Source: Dehalococcoidia bacterium (GTDB lineage Bacteria; Chloroflexota; Dehalococcoidia; SM23-28-2; RBG-16-64-32). From it: 64,000 nt of DNA. The translations under genes and the position numbers were made by a program. Of this stretch, positions 50,527 through 59,719 are shown one piece after another (the first letter of the stretch is position 1; each line of letters begins with the position of its first letter). The DNA lies in assembly GCA_963665775.2 (NCBI GenBank), contig CAXXTF010000002.1, positions 544,001 to 608,000 on the forward strand, read 5' to 3'. Under the pieces are notes generated by a model, which worked only from the letters and a program-made list of their open reading frames with translations, was not told the origin of the DNA and did no database searches.

Positions 50527-51729
50527 ATGGAGCTTGACTTGGCCAGACAGCTCTCCACCGAGAACGGCACCAAGATCGTGCTGTTCGTCATGGACGGCCT
50601 GGGCGGGCTGCCGCACCCGGAGACCGGCCGCACGGAGCTGGAGAGCGCCCGCACTCCCAACCTGGACCGCCTGGCCAAGGAGAGCGCCTGCGGCTTCACG
50701 CTCCCCGTGGCGCCTGGCGTCACGCCGGGGAGCGGACCCGGCCACCTCGCGCTCTTCGGCTATGACCCCCTCCAGTACAATATCGGCCGCGGGGTGCTCG
50801 AGGCAACCGGAATCGATTTCGACCTGACGGCCGACGACGTGGCCGCCCGGGGCAACTTCTGCACCGTGGACGGCCGCGGTCTCCTCACCGACCGGCGGGC
50901 CGGCCGCCTCAGCACGGAGCGATCCTCCGCGCTGGTCGAACGGCTGCGCGCGATACCCCTTGACGGCGCCGAGCTGTTCGTAGAGCCGGTGCGCGAGCAC
51001 CGCTTCGTGCTGGTCCTGAGGGGGATCGGGCTGTCGGACGCGGTAGGGGAAACGGACCCCCAGAGGGAGGGCACGCCGCCACTGGCCGTTCGAGCCACGG
51101 CTCCAGCGGGCGAAGCGACAGCCCGGCTTGTGGCCCGGTTCGTGGAAGAGGCGAAGCGAATCCTGGCCGATGAGTCGCCCGCCAACATGCTCCTCCTGCG
51201 CGGCTTCGCCAAGCGACCGCACTGGCCCAGCATCGCCGAGGTGTTCAGGCTGAGGGCGGCGGCGGTGGCCTACTACCCCATGTATCGGGGTCTGGCCAGG
51301 CTCGTCGGGATGGAGGCGCTGCCGGCGGGAGAGGCGGTCGAGGAGTCCATCGCAACCATGCGGGAGAACTGGCACCGGTTCGACTACTTCTTCGTCCACT
51401 ATAAGTACACGGACACGGCGGGCGAGGACGGCGACTTCGAGCGGAAGGTGGCGAAGCTGGAGGAGGCGGACGCAGCGATCCCTGCCCTGCTGGCGACGGA
51501 GCCGGACGTGCTGATGGTGGCCGGCGACCACTCGACGCCGGCGATTATGGCCGCCCACTCCTGGCACCCCGTGCCGTTCCTGCTGCGGGCCAGATGGGCT
51601 CGCGCCGACGCCTGTGACGCCTTCAACGAGGTGGCCCTTCAGCGAGGGTCGCTGGGGACGTTTCCGGCGGTGGAGGCGCTGCCCCTGGCCATGGCCCACG
51701 CCGGCCGCCTCAAGAAGTACGGAGCGTAG
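50527..51729 (+). CDS. apgM: BPG-independent phosphoglycerate mutase, archaeal (ApgM) type
   Basis: MDGLGG, TELESARTPNLD, PGSGPGHLALFGYDP, GRGVLEA, GDHSTP, HSWHPVP. Confidence 0.92.
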   Translation: MELDLARQLSTENGTKIVLFVMDGLGGLPHPETGRTELESARTPNLDRLAKESACGFTLPVAPGVTPGSGPGHLALFGYDPLQYNIGRGVLEATGIDFDLTADDVAARGNFCTVDGRGLLTDRRAGRLSTERSSALVERLRAIPLDGAELFVEPVREHRFVLVLRGIGLSDAVGETDPQREGTPPLAVRATAPAGEATARLVARFVEEAKRILADESPANMLLLRGFAKRPHWPSIAEVFRLRAAAVAYYPMYRGLARLVGMEALPAGEAVEESIATMRENWHRFDYFFVHYKYTDTAGEDGDFERKVAKLEEADAAIPALLATEPDVLMVAGDHSTPAIMAAHSWHPVPFLLRARWARADACDAFNEVALQRGSLGTFPAVEALPLAMAHAGRLKKYGA

Positions 51730-51841
51730 AGATGATTAGCCACAGAAAGACGCAGATAAGCTCAGATGTGAACTCCGCTCATGGAGAGCCGTTCGAACCA
51801 TGGCTAGTACCATAGCGGATAATTCAGGGGGAGACGATGGG

Positions 51842-52609
51842 TTGAGGACGCCGGTAGTAGCAGGCAACTGGAAGTGCCACACGCGGCTGGCCAGCGCGCG
51901 CCAGCTCGTGGCCGGGCTGCGGGGCCGCATCGATGCCGTCGACGGCGTGGAGAAGGTGGTCTGTCCGCCATTCGTCTATCTGGGGGTAGCGGCGGAGGCG
52001 CTGGTCGATTCGTCCCTAAGGGTGGGAGCGCAAGACGTCCACTGGGAGGACGACGTTGCCGCCACCGGCCAGATTGGCCCGAAGATGCTGGCGGAGCTGG
52101 TGCAGTACGTGATCATCGGCCACTCCGAGCGGCGTCACCAGCTCGGCGAGACGGAGGCGATGGTGCGCCGGAAGGTGGAGGCGGCCCTGGCGGCCGGGCT
52201 CAAGCCCATCATGTGCGTGGGGGAGACGCTGGGGGAGCGCGAGGCGGGCCGGACCGAGGAGATGCTGGTGCGGCAGACCCGCAGCGCCCTGGAGGGGATC
52301 GATCTGCCCGCCGGCTTCATCGTGGCGTACGAGCCGGTGTGGGCCATCGGCACGGGAACCGCGGCCACCAGCGAGGACGCGGACAGCGCCATCGGCCTGA
52401 TAAGGCAAGAGGTGGCGGCGATGTTCGGGCCGGCAAAGGCGGAGACGGTACGCATCCTCTATGGCGGCAGCGTGACGGCGGAGAACGTCGCCGAGCTCCT
52501 CTCGCGAGTCGGGATCGACGGGGCTCTGGTGGGTGGGGCGAGCCTGAAGATGGACGCCTTCTCGGGCATCGTGAAGGAGGCGGCGCGGGTGAAGGCGGGC
52601 GCCTCGTGA
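51842..52609 (+). CDS. tpiA: Triosephosphate isomerase
   Basis: AGNWK, GHSERR, AYEPVWAIGTG, LYGGSV, LVGGASL; TTG 51842 follows GGGGAG (ORF open from 51800). Confidence 0.96.
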   Translation: MRTPVVAGNWKCHTRLASARQLVAGLRGRIDAVDGVEKVVCPPFVYLGVAAEALVDSSLRVGAQDVHWEDDVAATGQIGPKMLAELVQYVIIGHSERRHQLGETEAMVRRKVEAALAAGLKPIMCVGETLGEREAGRTEEMLVRQTRSALEGIDLPAGFIVAYEPVWAIGTGTAATSEDADSAIGLIRQEVAAMFGPAKAETVRILYGGSVTAENVAELLSRVGIDGALVGGASLKMDAFSGIVKEAARVKAGAS

Positions 52610-53553
52610 CACGAAGGCTGGTCGCCATCGTGGGGCCGACGGCGGCCGGGAAGACGGCCCTGGCCGCCGAGCTGGCGCACCGGTTGCCTGGGGAGATCGT
52701 CGGGGCCGATTCGCGGCAGGTGTACCGCCACATGGACATCGGCACGGCCAAGCCCACGGACGGCGAACGGGCGGCGGCGCCACATCACCTCATAGACGTG
52801 GTGTACCCGGACGAGCCGTTCAGCCTGGGGCGCTGGCTGGATCTGGCCCTGGAGGCCCTGGACGGAATCTGGTCCCGTGGCAAGCAGCCCTTTCTTGTGG
52901 GTGGTACGGGGCAGTACGTGTGGGCGCTGCTGGAAGGGTGGCAGGTGCCACGGGTGCCCCCGCAGAGAGAGCTGCGGCGGGAACTGGAAGCCCAGCCCGT
53001 TAGCGCTTTGATCGAGGAGTTACGTCGGGCCGACCCGGAGTCCGCCGCTCAGATCGACCCACGGAACGCGCGTCGGGTCATCAGGGCGCTAGAGGTGTAC
53101 CGGGTTACGGGGAAGCCCCTCTCCTACTGGCGGACCAAGGCGCCGCCGTCTTTCCAGACGCTGGTCATCGGACTGAGGATGCCACGGGAGGAGCTCCATC
53201 GGCGCACCGACTCACGGGTGGACCGGATGATGGATGGTGGCCTCATTAGCGAGGTGCAGCGGCTACTGGCGATGGGCTACGGGCGGGAGCTACCGTCCAT
53301 GTCTGGCATCGGCTATCGGGAGATATGCCAGTACCTGGCCGCAGAGATGGACCTGATAGAGGCCACCACCAGGATCAAGATGGGGACGCACCGGCTGGCT
53401 CGACACCAGAGCTCGTGGTTCAAGCCGGACGACCCGCGCATTCGTTGGATCGAGGCGGGGGAGAGTGCTGCGGAGGCGGCGACACGCCTCGTGGTGGAAT
53501 GGCTGGGCGCGGTCGGGCCCGCGGAGCGCCGGGCAGCGAAGGTGATTCGATGA
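52606..53553 (+). CDS. miaA: tRNA dimethylallyltransferase
   Basis: GPTAAGKT, DSRQVYR.MDIGTAKP, VGGTGQY, IGYRE; GTG start overlapping the tpiA stop. Confidence 0.95.
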   Translation: MTRRLVAIVGPTAAGKTALAAELAHRLPGEIVGADSRQVYRHMDIGTAKPTDGERAAAPHHLIDVVYPDEPFSLGRWLDLALEALDGIWSRGKQPFLVGGTGQYVWALLEGWQVPRVPPQRELRRELEAQPVSALIEELRRADPESAAQIDPRNARRVIRALEVYRVTGKPLSYWRTKAPPSFQTLVIGLRMPREELHRRTDSRVDRMMDGGLISEVQRLLAMGYGRELPSMSGIGYREICQYLAAEMDLIEATTRIKMGTHRLARHQSSWFKPDDPRIRWIEAGESAAEAATRLVVEWLGAVGPAERRAAKVIR

Positions 53554-54389
53554 AGTTCGTCAAGATGCAGGGAACGGGAAACGACTTCATCCTCGTCGAG
53601 GCGAAGGGGGAGGAGAAGGACTGGCCCCAGCTAGCGCTGGAGATGTGCGACCGCCACTTCGGGGTGGGAGCGGACGGACTGATGCTGGTTCTGCCCTCGC
53701 AACGAGCGGACGTGGCCATGCGCTTGTTCAACGTCGACGGCTCGGAGGCGGAGGTCAGCGGCAACGGCGTGCGCTGCCTGGTTAAGTATGCGGTGGAGCG
53801 CGGCCTAACAGCGGCAACCTCCGGCCGAGTTACGGTAGAAGCGGCCTCCGGCCTGCTGGCAGCGGAGGTATTCGCCGAGGCGGGACAACTGAGCGGTGTG
53901 CGCCTGGCCATGGGAGCGCCACGCTTCCTGCCGGCGGAGATACCGGTGCTGGCCGACACGGAGCCACCGCTGCTGGATTTACCCCTGGACATAGAGGGGC
54001 AGCGGCTGCGGGTCACCTGTCTCTCCATGGGCAACCCCCACGCGGTGCTCTTCTTCGCTCAACCCGTCGAGCGCTACCCGTTGGAGCGGGTGGGGCCTAC
54101 GGTAGAGCGCCACCCCAGCTTCCCGCAGCGAGTGAACTTCGGGGTAGCACGCGTGTTGGGCCGCGCCCGCATGGAGCTGCGGGTGTGGGAGCGAGGGGTG
54201 GGGGAGACGCTGGCCTGCGGGTCGGGCTCCTGTGCCGCCATGGTCGCCGCCCGCTTGCACCACCTGGTAGAGGACCAAGTTGACATAAGTCAGCCGGGCG
54301 GCACACTGACCGTAGAATGGGACGGTAGGGGAGAGGTCTACCTGACCGGGCCGGCCAAGTTCGTCTTCGAGGGAGAGTGGAAGAAGTGA
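53550..54389 (+). CDS. dapF: Diaminopimelate epimerase
   Basis: MQGTGNDF, GVGADG, DGSEAEVSGNG, MGNPH, WERGVGETLACGSG. Confidence 0.93.
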   Translation: MKFVKMQGTGNDFILVEAKGEEKDWPQLALEMCDRHFGVGADGLMLVLPSQRADVAMRLFNVDGSEAEVSGNGVRCLVKYAVERGLTAATSGRVTVEAASGLLAAEVFAEAGQLSGVRLAMGAPRFLPAEIPVLADTEPPLLDLPLDIEGQRLRVTCLSMGNPHAVLFFAQPVERYPLERVGPTVERHPSFPQRVNFGVARVLGRARMELRVWERGVGETLACGSGSCAAMVAARLHHLVEDQVDISQPGGTLTVEWDGRGEVYLTGPAKFVFEGEWKK

Positions 54390-55549
54390 CGCAGTTCGCC
54401 AAACGGATCGAGAAGCTACCGCCCTACCTCTTCGCGGAGATCAGCCGCAAGATCGCCGAAAAGCGGGCGCAGGGGGTGGACGTTATCTCCTTCGCCATCG
54501 GCGACCCGGACCTGCCGACCCCGGACCACATCCTCGGCGCCCTGACGGAGGCGTCACTGGACCCGACCAACCACCGCTACCCGGAAACGGACGGCCTGCC
54601 GGAGCTGCGAGAGGCGATCGCCGCTTGGTACGAGCGGCGGTTTGGCGTCCAACTGGACCCCCAGAAAGAGGTGCTGCCCCTCATCGGCTCCAAGGAAGGG
54701 ATCGGCCACATCGCTCTCTGCTTCATCGATCCCGGAGACGTGGCGCTCGTGCCCGACCCCGGCTACCCGGTGTACGCCGTAGGGACGATGTTCGCCGGCG
54801 GCGAGGCTTACTACCTGCCGCTGCGGGAGGAGAACGAGTTCTTGCCGGACCTGGACTCCGTGCCGCAGGACGTATTGCGACGGGCCAGGCTGCTCTGGTT
54901 AAACTACCCCAACAACCCTACCGGCGCCGTAGCCGACATCGACTTCTTCGAGCGGGCGGCGGCCTTCGCCCGGCGCCACGGGTTTGCGGTCCTCCACGAC
55001 GGACCGTACTCGGAGGTAGCCTTCGACTCCTACCGGCCGCCCAGCTTCCTGCAGGCGGAGGGCGCACGCGAGGTGGGGATCGAGTTCCACTCGCTCTCCA
55101 AGTCCTACAACATGACCGGTTGGCGGATAGGGATGGCCGTGGGCAACGCCGCCATCATCGACGCCCTGATGCGGGTGAAGTCCAATCTGGACTCCGGGAT
55201 ACCGCAGGCCATCCAGCGCATGGCGATCGCCGCCCTGGAGGGGCCGCAGGACTGCATCGAGGAGCACAATCAGGTGTATCAGCGACGGCGCGATCGGCTG
55301 GTGGCGGCGCTTTCGGCCATGGGGCTGCGCCTGCGCCCGTCCAGGGCCAGCCTCTACCTCTGGGCACGGGTGCCGGATCGGACGACGAGCATGGAGTTCG
55401 CCACGCGGCTGCTGGACGAGGCGGGCGTTGTAGTAACGCCCGGGGCCAGCTACGGCCCCAGCGGCGAGGGGTACGTGCGGCTCTCCCTGACGATAGCCGA
55501 CGAGCGGCTGGAGGAGGGAGTGCGGCGGCTGGAGGGGCTGCGGGGGTAG
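54377..55549 (+). CDS. dapL: LL-diaminopimelate aminotransferase
   Basis: LPPYLFAEI, IGDPDLPTP, LIGSKEGI, NYPNNPTG, SLSKSYNMTGWR; adjacent to dapF. Confidence 0.85.
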   Translation: MEEVTQFAKRIEKLPPYLFAEISRKIAEKRAQGVDVISFAIGDPDLPTPDHILGALTEASLDPTNHRYPETDGLPELREAIAAWYERRFGVQLDPQKEVLPLIGSKEGIGHIALCFIDPGDVALVPDPGYPVYAVGTMFAGGEAYYLPLREENEFLPDLDSVPQDVLRRARLLWLNYPNNPTGAVADIDFFERAAAFARRHGFAVLHDGPYSEVAFDSYRPPSFLQAEGAREVGIEFHSLSKSYNMTGWRIGMAVGNAAIIDALMRVKSNLDSGIPQAIQRMAIAALEGPQDCIEEHNQVYQRRRDRLVAALSAMGLRLRPSRASLYLWARVPDRTTSMEFATRLLDEAGVVVTPGASYGPSGEGYVRLSLTIADERLEEGVRRLEGLRG

Positions 55550-55556
55550 CGTCCCC

Positions 55557-56270
55557 TTACGCCGCAGCCGTCTCCGCCTCCGATAGCCGCCACAGGCCAA
55601 CGCCCGAGCCCAGGATCCAGATGAAGCCCAGGATGGAGCTGATATTATCGACCGTTTCGAACGCTTCCGCCGCCAGGAAGAAAGCGCCGATAATGCCGAG
55701 GACTCCGCTGGCTATGCCGATCCAGCCCACCACCGACCAGAAGCGCTGTCCCAGCCGCAGCATCACCAGGCTGGCGGTTATGGCCGCTATGCTGATGGTC
55801 ACGCTGAACATGGCGAACATGACATCGCTGGCCCACGCCAGGGCCTTGGCATCGGACAGCAGTATGGCGCGGGTGGCCTCGTCGCCCGCCTCGTCCCAGG
55901 CGGGGAGAATGTAGGCCGTGAAGGTGGCCATAGGTGCGGTGCCCAGAACGCTGAGCATGGCCGCCAGCACGGCAAAAAGGACGGCGACGCGCATGTAGCT
56001 CTCGCCCCAGCGTCGCAGGCCGTAGTACAGCCCCAGGCTGTAGGGCACTAGGAGCAGGGCGGAGAAGGCGAACAGCCACACCAGCGCAATGACGAATTTC
56101 TTGTTATCAGATACGTCGTCTAAGAACTCTGCGGTCTCTGTCCTCGGGTTGGCCCCGGAAAGGCTCTCAAAGCTGGCGATCGCAACGACGAGCGTCGCTA
56201 CCAGCAGGAAAGCGGCCACCGCCCCCACCTTCATGAAGTTGATCTCCCGGGGAATCGCGACCATTCGCAT
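55557..56270 (-). CDS. DUF4386-like multi-pass membrane protein
   Basis: About six hydrophobic helices; AAGGAG RBS. Confidence 0.65.
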   Translation of the reverse strand: MRMVAIPREINFMKVGAVAAFLLVATLVVAIASFESLSGANPRTETAEFLDDVSDNKKFVIALVWLFAFSALLLVPYSLGLYYGLRRWGESYMRVAVLFAVLAAMLSVLGTAPMATFTAYILPAWDEAGDEATRAILLSDAKALAWASDVMFAMFSVTISIAAITASLVMLRLGQRFWSVVGWIGIASGVLGIIGAFFLAAEAFETVDNISSILGFIWILGSGVGLWRLSEAETAAA

Positions 56271-56332
56271 GGCTTCTCCTTACCTAGCACCTGCAGAACT
56301 CTCGTGGGGTCCACGGCCCGCACCTTCGCCCC

Positions 56333-57649
56333 ATGGGACGCCGTGGGGGGAAGATGGTTAACGATAAAGGCGTATACTGGGATCGGAAGGCTCAGCAGGC
56401 CTCAGTAACGCGTCATTCGGAGGTTAGCAGACCCATCGCCAAGACGTTACATCAAACGGCAGAGCCCCAGGAGCGGGCATTCCTGGTAGCAGCCGAGGTC
56501 AAAGGCCGCGGTGACGGCTGGACGGGCGACAGCTCCCTGGACGAGCTCTCGCTCCTGGCGGACACGGCCGGAGCACGGGTCGTCGGCCGAACGATTCAGC
56601 GGCTGGACGGGCCGCAGCGGGCGACCTACGTCGGTAAGGGGAAGCTCCAGGAGGTCGCCTCGCAGCGACTCGCCCTGAACTTTTCGACGGTCATCTTCGA
56701 CGACGAACTATCGCCGTCGCAGCAACGGAACCTGGAGACCGCTCTCAAGGTGAAGGTGCTGGACCGGACGGCCCTGATCCTCGACATCTTCGCCCAGCAC
56801 GCCCACACACGAGAGGGGAGACTGCAGGTAGAGCTGGCCCAGCACGAATACCTCCTGCCGCGGCTGCGCGGCCAGTGGTCTCACCTGGAACGGTTGGAGG
56901 GGCGCATCGGCACCCGCGGCCCCGGCGAAACGCAGCTGGAGACGGACCGCCGACTGATCCGGGAGAAGATTCGCAGGCTCAAACGGCAGATCGAGGCGGT
57001 GCGACAGCAGCGGGCGCTGCACCGCCGCCAGCGGGCCCGTCAGGGCATGCCCGTGGTTTCCCTCGTCGGATACACGAACGCCGGCAAGAGCACCCTCATG
57101 CGCGCCCTCTCCGGCGCAAACGTACTTGTCGAAGACAAGCCTTTCGCTACCCTTGACCCTGTAACGCGACGGCTACGCCTACCGTCGGGAGCGACGGCCT
57201 TGCTGACCGACACGGTCGGCTTCATCCAAAAACTGCCGACACAGCTTGTCGCTGCCTTCCGGGCCACACTGGAGGAGCTGCAGGAGGCGACGCTGCTCCT
57301 CCACGTAGTAGACATAACGCATCCAAGCGCGCTGGAGCAGAGCGGCAGCGTGGAGGAGACTCTGAGGTTGCTGCGGTTAGGAGAGAGGCCGCAGCTGACG
57401 GTTCTCAACAAGACAGACCTCCTCACTGACAAGCAGGGAAATCAGACGGTCGACGGCGCCGCGACGGCCGTGCCCGGGATAGCGCTCACCGAATGGCCGC
57501 CGGATACGCTTCTAGTCTCGGCGGCGCAAGGCTGGGGCATGGACGAGCTGCTAGAGCGGATCGAGGGGGCCCTGGCCGCCGGCTCGGAAAAAGCGGCTTA
57601 CAGCCAGGCATACCAGCAGGGGATAACCAGCGCCCTGAGCCAGCAGTAG
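56333..57649 (+). CDS. hflX: GTPase HflX
   Basis: ILDIFAQHA.TREG.LQVELA, GPGETQLE.DRR, GYTNAGKS, DTVGFI, NKTD; start uncertain. Confidence 0.95.
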   Translation: MGRRGGKMVNDKGVYWDRKAQQASVTRHSEVSRPIAKTLHQTAEPQERAFLVAAEVKGRGDGWTGDSSLDELSLLADTAGARVVGRTIQRLDGPQRATYVGKGKLQEVASQRLALNFSTVIFDDELSPSQQRNLETALKVKVLDRTALILDIFAQHAHTREGRLQVELAQHEYLLPRLRGQWSHLERLEGRIGTRGPGETQLETDRRLIREKIRRLKRQIEAVRQQRALHRRQRARQGMPVVSLVGYTNAGKSTLMRALSGANVLVEDKPFATLDPVTRRLRLPSGATALLTDTVGFIQKLPTQLVAAFRATLEELQEATLLLHVVDITHPSALEQSGSVEETLRLLRLGERPQLTVLNKTDLLTDKQGNQTVDGAATAVPGIALTEWPPDTLLVSAAQGWGMDELLERIEGALAAGSEKAAYSQAYQQGITSALSQQ

Positions 57650-57751
57650 CCAGCGGCCAGGGCACTCAGCTATATTGACAACAGTCGTAATTACCCCCTT
57701 GACGTAGGTACTTGTTCATGGTACGATATCCCCGAAAGGTAGGTAGAAACC

Positions 57752-58627
57752 ATGAACAAGTACACAATCCGAGACCTCGATAGTCAGTTCCCCACGGACG
57801 ATGCTTGCCTGGACTGGCTGAAGGATTACCTCTACCCCGATGGCATCTTTTGCAAGGTCTGCCAAGCCGTCACTAAGCATCATCGGATTAAGAGCCGCAC
57901 TTCCTACTCATGTGACCGCTGCGGGCACCATGAGCACCCGATGGCCGGAACGATTTTCGAGAACTCACGCACCCCGCTCCGACTGTGGTTCCATGCTGTA
58001 TTTCTCATGGCCTCCACACGCTGCGGCATTTCGGCTAAGCAGCTTGAGCGTCAATTGGGCGTCACCTATAAGACGGCTTGGCGCATGTTCAAGCAGATTC
58101 GTACCCTTCTGGCTGAGCCGCCTAGCCTCCTCTCCGGCCAAGTGGAGGTTGATGAGACCTACATCGGCGGCAGGCCGCGTCAGAGCACCGACAGGCGAAC
58201 CGCCGCCCGAACCCGCATGAGTAACAAGTCTGCGGTTGTTGGCCATGTCCAGCGCGGTGGTAGGCTTCACGCCATCCACCTACCAGATGGTACAGCCAAG
58301 GTGCTGGTGCCCCTAGCTGAACAGTACATCATCCCTGGCTCCACGGTTTACAGCGACGAACTCCCCGCCTACAAGGCGCTTGCCCGTAAGGGCTACCAGC
58401 ACAAGCGGGTCCACCACGCTGCTAAGGTCTACGTTTCCGGCGACGCCCACACCAACACGATTGAGGGCTTTTGGAGCCTGCTGAAGCGCGGCATTGGCGG
58501 CGTCTACCATGCAGTTAGCGCGCAGCATCTACAATCCTACCTGAACGAATACGCATTCCGTTACAACCATCGACGTGATACTCAGCCTATGTTCGAGACG
58601 ATTCTCCGCCAGGTGGAGAAGACTTAG
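57752..58627 (+). CDS. IS1595-family transposase
   Basis: Zn ribbon CKVC..CDRC, HTH ISAKQLERQLGVTYKTAW, VEVDETYIGG, YSDE, HTNTIEGFWS, YLNEYAFRYN. Confidence 0.95.
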   Translation: MNKYTIRDLDSQFPTDDACLDWLKDYLYPDGIFCKVCQAVTKHHRIKSRTSYSCDRCGHHEHPMAGTIFENSRTPLRLWFHAVFLMASTRCGISAKQLERQLGVTYKTAWRMFKQIRTLLAEPPSLLSGQVEVDETYIGGRPRQSTDRRTAARTRMSNKSAVVGHVQRGGRLHAIHLPDGTAKVLVPLAEQYIIPGSTVYSDELPAYKALARKGYQHKRVHHAAKVYVSGDAHTNTIEGFWSLLKRGIGGVYHAVSAQHLQSYLNEYAFRYNHRRDTQPMFETILRQVEKT

Positions 58628-59595
58628 CCCGGCGACTCACTTTCTTGAGAGCTGCTTCGAAGGTCCGACGCGTTAACCCCTGCATCTGCTTCGTCCGCTT
58701 TGGCTTCGGCTTCCTTCCGCTCTTCTTCTGTTGCTGCCCTGGGTCTCGCGACACTAGATCCCTCCTCTGCCAAAATCTTGGAAAGCCTCGCCGCGTCAGT
58801 CGTGATCGACTGGAGCTCTAGCGTGCGCATTGTATTAAACATCGTGGTAAGCTCTTGAGTCACCCGCGACGTGGGCTCGTATTGCATCCTGCCCCCGGCT
58901 ATGACGTGCCAAAGATCAGTAGTGCCGCCGACTCCGGGCGCTTCCTCGGCTCGTTTCTTCGCAAACAGAGCGATACGCATCGCTGAAAACCAATTTCTCT
59001 TGGGGCTGTACATCGCATGAGCAAATTCCGCTTCAGCATGCCCAGCGCCAATCCCTATCGCACAGAAGCCCGTTCCGGTCCAATTGCGCTCCCATCCAGG
59101 CCCCTCAATCGTATATAACTGAGCGTACTCCTGACCCTCTAGGGTATCGAATCCAGCGATGATGATTGAGCCTAAGTCGTTGTCGTCATCACCAATTAGG
59201 ATGCTTAACCGCTCGAAAAAGTCTGGTGTCCACTCTTTCTGACGGCTGATGAGACTGTCAACATCGAGACCGCAAGGGTGAAGATAGCGCCTCTCTACGT
59301 CTCTACGACGAATAGCCTGTACTTCCACTGCGACGACCTTCGCTAACTCCTGAACCGTACAGTCCTTCTCTACTCGCTTCCACGCATTCATGTACGCTTC
59401 ATAGAGAGAGTCAACCGATCCCGACATCAATACTGCCGTATTGTCACGAAACCAAGTCACCTTGGTCTGGTCAGCTAGTTCGTACTCTCGTATGCGTCTC
59501 GCGGTTATCATTCGGTCAGATGCTAAAATGATAGCTGAGCGCTGGACGCCCTCCGTGTCCAGGTAGGTAGACAATGCCGCTATGCAAACCGTCAT
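58624..59595 (-). CDS. Proteasome-beta/HslV-like Thr-Ntn hydrolase (IS passenger)
   Basis: MTVCIA, ILASDRMIT, TKV, MSGS, IIIAGFD, LYTI, FCAIGIG, GVGG.TDL; ORF also open from ATG 59649. Confidence 0.7.
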   Translation of the reverse strand: MTVCIAALSTYLDTEGVQRSAIILASDRMITARRIREYELADQTKVTWFRDNTAVLMSGSVDSLYEAYMNAWKRVEKDCTVQELAKVVAVEVQAIRRRDVERRYLHPCGLDVDSLISRQKEWTPDFFERLSILIGDDDNDLGSIIIAGFDTLEGQEYAQLYTIEGPGWERNWTGTGFCAIGIGAGHAEAEFAHAMYSPKRNWFSAMRIALFAKKRAEEAPGVGGTTDLWHVIAGGRMQYEPTSRVTQELTTMFNTMRTLELQSITTDAARLSKILAEEGSSVARPRAATEEERKEAEAKADEADAGVNASDLRSSSQESESPG

Positions 59596-59719
59596 AGGCC
59601 GTCGTCTCCGCAGTACTCTCTTGCGCTTAAGGCGCTGCTGGGATATCATATCCCCGCTCCCCTACCTACGTCAAGGGGATAATTACGACAACAGTCGATA
59701 TAAGGCCTATCATAGCGTC

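Larger units (their letters stand above)
57686..59687 (+). mobile_element. IS1595-family element with passenger gene (2,002 bp)
   Basis: 25-bp IRs CGTAATTA(C/T)CCCCTTGACGTAGGTA (57686-57710 and 59663-59687, 24/25); 8-bp TSD ACAACAGT at 57678-57685 and 59688-59695. Confidence 0.92.

Noticed and set aside
51874-52605. Apparent long N-terminal fusion on MiaA (559-aa ORF)
   Set aside because: Alternative frame of tpiA; MiaA starts at GTG 52606
54625-55914. 429-aa overlapping ORF and similar long off-frame ORFs elsewhere
   Set aside because: Arg/Gly/Pro-rich shadows of real genes, expected at high GC
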